From: Octopus sinensis
Lineage: Eukaryota
Assembly (NCBI RefSeq): GCF_006345805.1
Contig: NW_021824912.1
Coordinates: forward strand, 1 to 17,432
Direction of reading: 5' to 3'
DNA length: 17,432 nucleotides
In this document: positions 9,349 through 17,249 of the stretch, in pieces
Layout: the number at the start of each line of letters is the position of its first letter
Numbering within the stretch: the stretch's first letter is position 1
The notes under the pieces: model-generated
The model's input: the letters and a program-made list of their open reading frames with translations, nothing else
What the model was told of the DNA's origin: nothing
Databases searched by the model: none
Translations under genes and position numbers: made by a program

Positions 9349-9763
9349 TGTTTCTTTACTACCCACAAGGGGCTAAACACAGAGGGGACAAACAAGGACA
9401 GACACACGGATTAAGACGATTACATCGACCCCAGTGCTTAACTGGTACTTAATTTATCGACCCCGAAAGGATGAAAGGCAAAGTCAACCTCGGCGGAATT
9501 TGAACTCAGAACGTAGCGGCAGACGAAATACCTATTTCTTTATTACCCACAAGGGGCTAAACACAGAGGGGACAAACAAGGACAGACAAACGGATTAAGA
9601 CGATTACATCGACACCAGTGCTAAACTGGTACTTAATTTATCGACACCGAAAGGATGAAAGGCAAAGTCGACCTCGGCGGAATTTGAACTCAGAACGTAG
9701 CGGCAGACGAAATACGGCTACGCATTTCGCCCGGCGTGCTAACGGTTCCGCCAGCTCGCCGCC
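9349..9763 (-). mobile_element. Complete tRNA-derived SINE: head plus two tandem bodies, 16-bp TSD
   Basis: Minus-strand 5' end GGCGGCGAGCTGGCGGAACCG at 9763; units 9349-9532 and 9533-9715; TSD TATACATAATCATATA at 9333-9348 and 9764-9779. Confidence 0.93.
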
Positions 9764-9821
9764 TATACATAATCATATAGGCTCGGATGTGTGTGCGTGT
9801 GTGTATGCATGTATATAAGTT

Positions 9822-9995
9822 CAAGCAGCTTCCGTGCAGTTTCTGTCTACCAATACTTGTACTCACCATCTATTATTGGTCAGTCGAAAGCTCTGTTATT
9901 AAACTATTAAACAAATGCCAAAGGTACCGTGCAGTGGTATTGAAACCGGAAACAACGTGATCGTTAAGCGAACACCTTAACGACACGATTATGCT
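9822..9995 (-). mobile_element. Old degraded CORE-type SINE
   Basis: tgccaaaggtaccgtgcagtggtattgaaaccggaaac aligns loosely with 4850-4882; preceded by cagtttctgtctacca. Confidence 0.5.
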
Positions 9996-10123
9996 TCAAC
10001 TGTAGAAAAATAATTAATTTATGGTGATCCTACCACACCCTTTTCATAACGACCTAATAATACCCTTATCTAACTTTGCACTCTCGTACAACTATCTAGT
10101 TAATGCACTGTCTATGAAAATAG

Positions 10124-10498
10124 TGGAGGCGCAATGGCCCAGTGGACTCGCGGTCATAGGATTGCGGTTTCGATTCCCAGACCGGACGTTGTGAGTGTTT
10201 ATTGAGCGAAAACACCTAAAAGCTCCACGAGGCTCCGGCAGGGGATGGTGATGATCCCTGCTGTACTCTTTCACCACAACTTTCTCTCACTCTTACTTCC
10301 TGTTTCTGTTGTACCTGTATCTCAAAGGGCCGGCCTTGTCACTCTCTGTGTCACGCTGAATATCCCCGAGAACTACGTTAAGGGTACACGTGTGTCTGTG
10401 GAGTGCTCAGCCACTTACACGTTAATTTCACGAGCAGGCTGTTCCGTTGATTCGGATCAACCGGAACCCTCGTCGTCGTAACCGACGGAGTGCTTCCC
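10124..10498 (+). mobile_element. tRNA-derived SINE with 13-bp TSD
   Basis: A box TGGCCCAGTGG (10135-10145), B box GGTTTCGATTCC (10166-10177), TSD TCTATGAAAATAG at 10111-10123 and 10499-10511. Confidence 0.92.
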
Positions 10499-10782
10499 TC
10501 TATGAAAATAGCGATTCCAGCCTTATATCCTGTATATTGTATCTATGTTATGAACAACAACAACAACAACAACCAACAGTGACAACAAAAAGGACAACAG
10601 TAATACGGTCTTAGAATCTGTCATGACGAATCGATTATTATATTGTTTTTTTTTAAATATTTTATTTGGATTAATCAGGTGTTTTTTCTATGTTTGTATT
10701 TTTGTATTTTTGTATGCCTTTTACGTGATATAACGTAATAGAACTTAGCTGTATATTGTCTGTATGTATATGTCTGTCTGCA

Positions 10783-10818
<36 letters not shown>

Positions 10819-10840
10819 ATATATATATTATATATATATA

Positions 10841-10881
<41 letters not shown>

Positions 10882-10885
<4 letters not shown>

Positions 10886-10990
10886 GGACCCGGGTTGAGT
10901 CGGGGTTACCACAGTAAATAAGGTACTCAATACATAGCAGAATAAATTATTTATTTTATAGAAGGAGCTTCTACAGGACTAGAACTGTTC
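10882..10990 (-). mobile_element. Truncated arm of the hammerhead-bearing element family B
   Basis: Reverse complement of ~12291-12404 with a few differences; both end at CCTACA followed by (TA)n; truncated inside ribozyme stem III. Confidence 0.85.
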
Positions 10991-11013
10991 TATATATATA
11001 TATATAATATATA

Positions 11014-11379
11014 TATAAAATATTATTAGAGACAAAACCACTATTTTGCAAAAACAACAAGGAAAGACTTAATCAATACATAAAATTTTAATAAAAGTCA
11101 AAAAAACGCCACTGTCTTGATCGACAATCTTCAGGTGGACTTCAATTTACAAGTCAGTTTCAAATTATGAAGTGAAATTAAATTCTTAGCCTAGAATTAA
11201 TTTCACTTCATAATTTGAAACTGACTTGTAATTGGAAGTCCACCTGAAGATTGTCGATCAAGACAAGAAACGATTGTAGTGGCGGGTTTTTTGACTATTT
11301 ATTAAAATTTTATGTATTGATTAAGTCTTTCCTTGTTTGTTTTGCAAAATAGTGGTTTTGTCTCTAATAATATTTTATA
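11014..11379. mobile_element. Palindromic hammerhead-bearing element, family A (probable Penelope-like pLTR derivative)
   Basis: Inverted arms 11014-11186 and 11193-11379 with a 6-nt spacer TAGCCT; begins at a (TA)n tract. The Penelope assignment is inferred from the ribozyme type and geometry. Confidence 0.8.
11240..11282 (+). ncRNA. Minimal type I hammerhead ribozyme
   Basis: CCAC-CTGAAGA-TTGTC(GATCAA)GACAA-GAA-AC(GATT)GT-A-GTGG: complete core, 4-bp stem I, 5-bp stem II, short quasi-palindromic stem III (ACGATTGT), GUA cleavage triplet. Confidence 0.75.
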
Positions 11380-11457
11380 ATATTTTACTATAAAATTGGA
11401 TTTAATCCTAAATCTGATTTTTTTCCCTGTAAATTGGATTTATTCCCTAATATTTAT

Positions 11458-11491
<34 letters not shown>

Positions 11492-11516
11492 GTATATGTA
11501 TATGTATATGTATATG

Positions 11517-11551
<35 letters not shown>

Positions 11552-11678
11552 TTATATATAGAGGGCATAATATGTTCAATAAGAAATAATTATTTTCGAA
11601 ATTTTTTCTCTTATGAGGTTTTTACGCTATCTACCTGACAATTTCTTAAGTTTTCCTATTAAGTAGTTGTCCTTATTG

Positions 11679-11747
<69 letters not shown>

Positions 11748-11748
11748 A

Positions 11749-11920
11749 TGAACCCACTGCAGGTACGAGGGGAACCTAAGGCAGCAGCTACAAACTCTCT
11801 CTTAGATCAGTGGCCAGCCACGGCAAACTGGACTTAGAGAGGGTAGCAACAAGGGCGGTGCCCCAGCATGGCCTCAGCCGGATGGCTGAAACCAGTAAAA
11901 GAGTAAAAGAGTAAAAGAGT
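11749..11920 (+). mobile_element. Short retroposon with LINE-type 3' stem-loop and (GTAAAAGA)n tail
   Basis: GGCGGTGCCCCAGCATGGC, then hairpin CAGCC-GGAT-GGCTG (11875-11888), then three GTAAAAGA repeats; flanked by (TA)n. I recall this tail from octopus RTE-mobilised SINEs (unverified). Confidence 0.65.
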
Positions 11921-12208
11921 ATATATATATTTATTCTATCTTATATATCATATATGAAGGAATGGAGTTGAACGACTAGTTAACAAATCCTAACACTCCA
12001 TTCTTCCATATACTTATAATTTTAAAATAACATACAATTTCCGCACGAAGACACGTAGTCTATGCCCTAGCGACGTAGCTTCAACCTGTTCTTTCTGATG
12101 TGAATTTGCTACCCAGTTATCGGTTATCCTTTCGAATTATCCTTAATAAGATAATTCATTCAATTACTCAATATATATCATATATATATATATTTATTAT
12201 ATAGAAGG

Positions 12209-12257
12209 AGCTTCTACAGACTAGAACTGTTTCATTTCAAGAGAAATCTTCAGGAAG
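12209..12257 (-). ncRNA. Type I hammerhead ribozyme (left arm)
   Basis: Minus strand CTTC-CTGAAGA-TTTC(TCTT)GAAA-T-GAA-ACAG(TTCTAGT)CTGT-A-GAAG; one extra T before the GAAA core. Confidence 0.6.
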
Positions 12258-12265
12258 ATTCCTGA

Positions 12266-12316
12266 AGCTTCCTGAAGATTTCTCTTGAATGAAACAGTTC
12301 TAGTCCTGTAGAAGCT
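12266..12316 (+). ncRNA. Type I hammerhead ribozyme (right arm)
   Basis: AGCTTC-CTGAAGA-TTTC(TCTT)GAAT-GAA-ACAG(TTCTAGTC)CTGT-A-GAAGCT: 6-bp stem I, 3-bp stem II closed by U.U, 4-bp stem III, GUA triplet. Confidence 0.72.
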
Positions 12317-12411
12317 CTTCTATATAATAAATTATTTTACTACTCTGCTATGTATTGAGTACCTTATTTACTGTGGTTAACCCCGAATCAACCCGGGACC
12401 TACATATATAG

Positions 12412-12486
<75 letters not shown>

Positions 12487-12566
12487 TATAGCTATCAATC
12501 TAATTATCCAGTACTCTTTTTATCTATTATGATTGTATACATACACAGATACATACATACATACAT

Positions 12567-12601
12567 ATTACTCTTTTACTCAAGTTTCAGTCATTCTGAC
12601 T
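12567..12601 (-). mobile_element. Isolated SINE/LINE 3' tail fragment
   Basis: Minus strand AGTC-AGAAT-GACTGAAACTTGAGTAAAAGAGTAA, the same tail family as 11875-11920. Confidence 0.5.
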
Positions 12602-13094
12602 AACACGTGTAAATTGGAAGTTTAGTCACTGACAAACAGTTACTGTGTGCAAGTCGTATCTGCTAGCATCGTCTGATGATCGCCGAGTCTAAGGATAACG
12701 TTATGAAACTCAGAGTAACAGCGAGTTATAAGCTAGGAATATAATCAAGCTAACTCGTTAAAAAGTTCACTCTTCTGACTACTGAGTCATACTTTTTAAT
12801 ATTCCATCTTCTTTACCGAACGAGTAAACACACTAACCTACTACTCTGTATGTGTGTATGTGGGTAGCTGAACATATGCGCATGTGTGTATGTATTCTAT
12901 ATGTGTGTATATATAGGTATATGTGTTTGTGTACACATGCGTTTGAGATTGCATGCAACTGAATTTGTATGAGGTCTCTTTCTCCCCTCTCCCCTTTCCC
13001 TCCCTCTCTCTCTTTCTATTATATATATATACATACATACATACATAAATACGTACTTTCCTATATATATGTATGTCAATAGATAGATATATCG

Positions 13095-13125
<31 letters not shown>

Positions 13126-13358
13126 TATTGTATATATATATAGTATGTTTACATAAACACGTTTGTGAGCATGTCATATGTGAATCTGTATCTATGGTTG
13201 ATATGTATGTGTGTATATATGTGTATGCGTGTTTATGCTTATATGTATATATATATGTGTGTGTGTGTGTGTGCGTGTGTGTTAAGAGTACTATGATTTG
13301 TAAAAGCAGGGCAATTATAACGTTCAGCTTATAAATTAACGATGGAGGACACATTCTC

Positions 13359-13396
<38 letters not shown>

Positions 13397-13459
13397 TCTT
13401 TCTCTCCTTCACTCCCTCTCTCTTTCTCGCTAACAATTCGCCATCTTATTATCACACGA

Positions 13460-14005
13460 CAAGCAAGCATCGTCATATTTGTCGACAACCTCATCATCCT
13501 CATCATTGTGGTTGTCATCGTCGTCGTCATCATCATCATCATCATCAACATCACTAACATTATTGCTGTCTTGTTTATTAAACATTTGCTCAACTTTACC
13601 TACTTAAAATCTCCCCTCACCCCCGCCCTCATTTCAATATCGTTCCCCCACCCCACCAAAAGCCCTTCCCTAACCCTCGCACGTCCTTAGTTGTTATCAA
13701 ATAACGGTTTAGCAAATTTTAGGGGTGTGGTAGTGATGGTGGTGATTGCGATGGTGGTGGTGTTGGTGGTGGTAGTATTGGAAGTGTTGGTGATGATGGT
13801 GGTGGTGATGATGGTGGTGGTGCTAGTGGTATTGGTGGTAGTGTTGTTGGTTGTTGTGATGGTTGTAGTGGTTACGGTATTAGTGGTGAAAATGGTAGCG
13901 GTGGTAGTGGTACGGTGGTAGTGGTGGCGGTGGTAGTAGTGGTAGTGCAGCTGCTGGTTTTGGTGGTCGTTAATAATGACGGTGGTGTTGGTGGTGATAG
14001 CCGTG
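13460..14005. repeat. Degenerate (CAT)n (~13490-13560) and long degenerate (GGT/GTT)n tract (~13725-14005)
   Basis: Triplet-periodic low complexity; source of the poly-Val and poly-Thr ORFs. Confidence 0.9.
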
Positions 14006-14134
14006 GTGGGAGAGACGCATGGCTGCTTCATTAAAGCTGGTGGCGTTGTTAATTTTAGTGATTTTAAAGAAAGGGGTGGGACGTGTCCTTTGTGAACAAC
14101 CATTAATGTGTATATATGCGATTGCGCGACTAGA

Positions 14135-14717
14135 TGTGTGTGTGTGTGTGTGTTGTGTGTGTGTGTGCGTGTGTGTGTGTGTGTGTGTGTATGTGTGTGT
14201 GTGTAGGTGTTTGTATGCACCTGAATGTGTGTATGTGTATGTATGCAGGAATATTTGTGGGATGGCAAAGCGGCGATTATGCAAAATTGTTTGCAAGCCG
14301 GACAGTAGGCTTATTGGTATTTCGTCCGTCTTTAAGTTCTGGGCTTTACTTTTCCTCTCTTCCTTTCGAGGACAATAAAACAGAGTACCAGTTGAAATTG
14401 CTAGTCTTGTGTCAAAATTTTTTATCCTAATAAATACGCGTGTGTGTGTGTTTGAGTGAATGAATGAGGTTCTGTATGTGTCTGTATAATTATGTGTGTG
14501 CGAATCTTTGTGTAAACTTGAATGTGTGATGGCGTGCATTGTTGTGTGTGCTTATGGTTATTGTACTGTCTGCTTGTATATATATGTATTGTGTGTGTGC
14601 GGTTATGTCGGTTTGTGTATGTGTCTTCGTGCGTGTGTGTGTGGGTCTTTGTATGTGTGCGTCTGTGTGTGTGCGTACAGGCATGTTTGTTCGTCTATGT
14701 GCTTGTGTGCGCACAGG

Positions 14718-14751
<34 letters not shown>

Positions 14752-15330
14752 TGATCTTTTTTGTAAATGTGTGTGGGTTGTATAACTGCATAATATCAGC
14801 AATTGTGTATATGTGTGTGAGTGTGTGTGTGTGTGTGTGTACGTAAGTGTGTGAGTGTGTGAATGTAGTGTGTATGTGTGCTTGTGTGTGTATGAGTATG
14901 TACGTATGTGACTGTGTGAGTGTGTGCATGTGTGTGTAGGAGTGTGTGCGTGTGAGTATTTGTATATGTGTGTGCATGTGTGCATATGTGTGTATGAGTA
15001 TGTACGTATGTGACTCTGCGTGAGTGTGTGCGTGTGAGTGTTTGTATATGTGTGTGTATGTATGCGACTGTCTGTATGGGTGGGTAAGTGAGTGTGAGTG
15101 TGGGTGTATGTTACTATCTGTGTGGGTGTGTATGTAGGAGTGTGTGCGTGTGAGTGTGTATCAGTGTGTATGTATGTGACTCTATGTGTGTAGGAGAGTG
15201 TGAATGTGTATTGTATTAATGCTAACATGTGTATGTACATGCAGCACGCGCGCGCGCGTGAGTGTACTTGCATGTGATTACGTTAGTGTGTGTGTGTGTG
15301 TGTGTGTGTACGCGAGCGCGTGTGTGTGGC
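14135..15330. repeat. Long degenerate (TG)n-rich satellite region
   Basis: TG/TATG/TGAG low complexity; source of the VC and HT ORFs. Confidence 0.9.
14316..14393 (+). mobile_element. Degraded fragment of the 184-bp-body SINE family
   Basis: ggtatttcgtccgtctttaagttctg...tcctttcgaggacaataaaacagagtaccagtt aligns with 4348-4440 with an internal deletion. Confidence 0.55.
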
Positions 15331-15517
15331 TATAGTATGAATTCTTGTCAAACCAAATCAATATTGTCTTTTTCTATAAATCAGTTTTTCTCATGTCTCA
15401 CTCACTACACATCATAAAGGTATACACTAGCTGTATGCATCTGGATGTGTATATATTCCTACACATATATGCATGGATGTGTGCATATACATACATACAT
15501 ACACCACACACACACAC

Positions 15518-15561
<44 letters not shown>

Positions 15562-15632
15562 TATAGGCATATATACACATATACACATCACATATATATA
15601 TACACCCACACATATATATGTATGTATGCATT

Positions 15633-15683
<51 letters not shown>

Positions 15684-15705
15684 TATATAATATCTGTATA
15701 TGTAT

Positions 15706-15740
<35 letters not shown>

Positions 15741-15879
15741 ACACATTATTCATCAAAACTTGAGACTGCTGCGTGAGTAGTCACAACTCCGTGCTTACCG
15801 ATCAACAGTTTTAAGTAATCTTTTCGCTTAATTGCAAAAGGCAAAATGGTCATACACTAGCGTAGTGCCAATGCACTTT

Positions 15880-16078
15880 ACCTACCTACCTACATACATA
15901 CATACATACATACATACATACATACATACATACATACATACATACATACATACATACATACGTAGATACATACATACATAAATACATACATACGTACTTT
16001 CCTATATATATGTATGTCAATAGATAGATATATCGATAGATAGATAGATAGATAGATAGATAGTATAGATAGATGATG

Positions 16079-16133
<55 letters not shown>

Positions 16134-16153
16134 CGATAGATAGATAGAGATGG

Positions 16154-16195
<42 letters not shown>

Positions 16196-16245
16196 TAAAG
16201 GATAGATAGATCGATAGATAGATAGATAGATAGATAGGATAGATA

Positions 16246-16290
<45 letters not shown>

Positions 16291-16295
16291 CAGAC
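15880..16295. repeat. (TACC)n/(TACA)n followed by (GATA)n microsatellites
   Basis: Read directly. Confidence 0.96.
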
Positions 16296-16706
16296 AGATT
16301 ATAAATTTACAGATATAAATAATTCTAGAAGTTTCTCCGTTCCAAACTTTCGTTCTGTAACAACAATCCTGTTAAATGATTTATAAACATCTTCATGTTA
16401 TGGCGTTACCGTGGTTATTGCTAACTCCTCCGATATCATATAAATTGTCAGTATCTCATAACTTTCTAATATCACAGAGCTTCTTAAATTTAACGATATC
16501 TAACGATATTCCACATTGCCACCGATAGCCTCTATCTCAACCAATATCCCATCTCTCATCCCACATTTCTGTTAATATCCCACATATCCGATATCTCACA
16601 TCTCTCCTAATACACTTCATCGCCACCAATTCCCCCACAGCTCTAGCAGTATCCTATATTTCTAGCAATGCGATGTCTCTAACAACATCCCAGATCTTTC
16701 CATTCA

Positions 16707-17162
16707 GTATCCTATTTCATCTTGAGTATATTCCTACCGCTCTATGTCACGCTGGTGAGACCCATATTGGAGTACGGGATTCAAGCCTCTTCTCCTTATC
16801 TCCTCAAAGACATACATCATCTCGAAAGAGTCCAGAAGCTGGCTACCCGCATGGTTCTTGGTCTCAAACATTTGTCTTATGAAGAAAGGCTGAAGACGCT
16901 CGACCTTTATTCTCTAGAAAAACGACGACGCCGTGGTGATCTCATTCTTGCTCACAACATCATAAGCGGAAAGCGTAACCTCTCGAAAGAGCTGTTCTTC
17001 ACTCCTGCTCCAGAGCGTCGGCTGCGGGGTCACTCCGAAAAGCTCTATCTGCGACGATTTCATCTCAATCGAATGAGAGGGGCTTTCTCCGTCCGGGTTG
17101 CGGATCCGTGGAATAAGCTGCCGGACAAGATAGTGAAGAAATGGCCTGAACTCTTTGCATGA
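16707..17162 (+). pseudogene. CR1/L2-type ORF2 C-terminal (post-RT) fragment
   Basis: LYVTLVRPILEYG...LERVQKLATRMV.GLKHLSYEERLKTLDLYSLEKRRRRGDLI...RGHSEKL...FSVRVADPWNKLP is the hallmark CR1-clade C-terminus. No RT catalytic domain or true start is present. Confidence 0.92.
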
Positions 17163-17249
17163 ACCCTCCCTGTATATAACTCCATGTCCCCCTACATGGC
17201 CTTGCTTTTTGCTTTTTGAGCCAAAAAATTAACTTAACTTAACTTAACT
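16707..17249 (+). mobile_element. 5'-truncated CR1-clade LINE
   Basis: ORF2 C-terminal fragment, 3' UTR hairpin CCATGT-CCCCCT-ACATGG (17182-17199), (AACTT)n tail, and a putative 13-bp TSD with 2 mismatches (16694-16706 / 17250-17262). Confidence 0.9.

Larger units (their letters stand above)
7770..9715 (+). repeat. ~2.07-kb tandem segmental duplication, copy 2
   Basis: Matches 5689-7690, including the identical mariner insertion site and shared disabling mutations. Confidence 0.95.
12193..12404. mobile_element. Palindromic hammerhead-bearing element, family B
   Basis: Inverted arms 12193-~12257 and ~12267-12333 around a centre CTTCAGGAAG-ATTCCTGAAG-CTTCCTGAAG. The right arm continues to CCTACA at 12404, then (TA)n. 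Confidence 0.82.

Noticed and set aside
11952-12011. ~17-bp imperfect inverted repeat (core GAATGGAGT/ACTCCATTC) enclosing GACTAGTT
   Set aside because: No CUGANGA or GAAA core on either strand and no second copy in the window; function cannot be supported.
13687-14539. Thr/His-rich mucin-like ORFs on the minus strand
   Set aside because: Built from (ACC/AAC)n and (CA)n tracts plus a SINE fragment; no signal peptide, splice support or domain.
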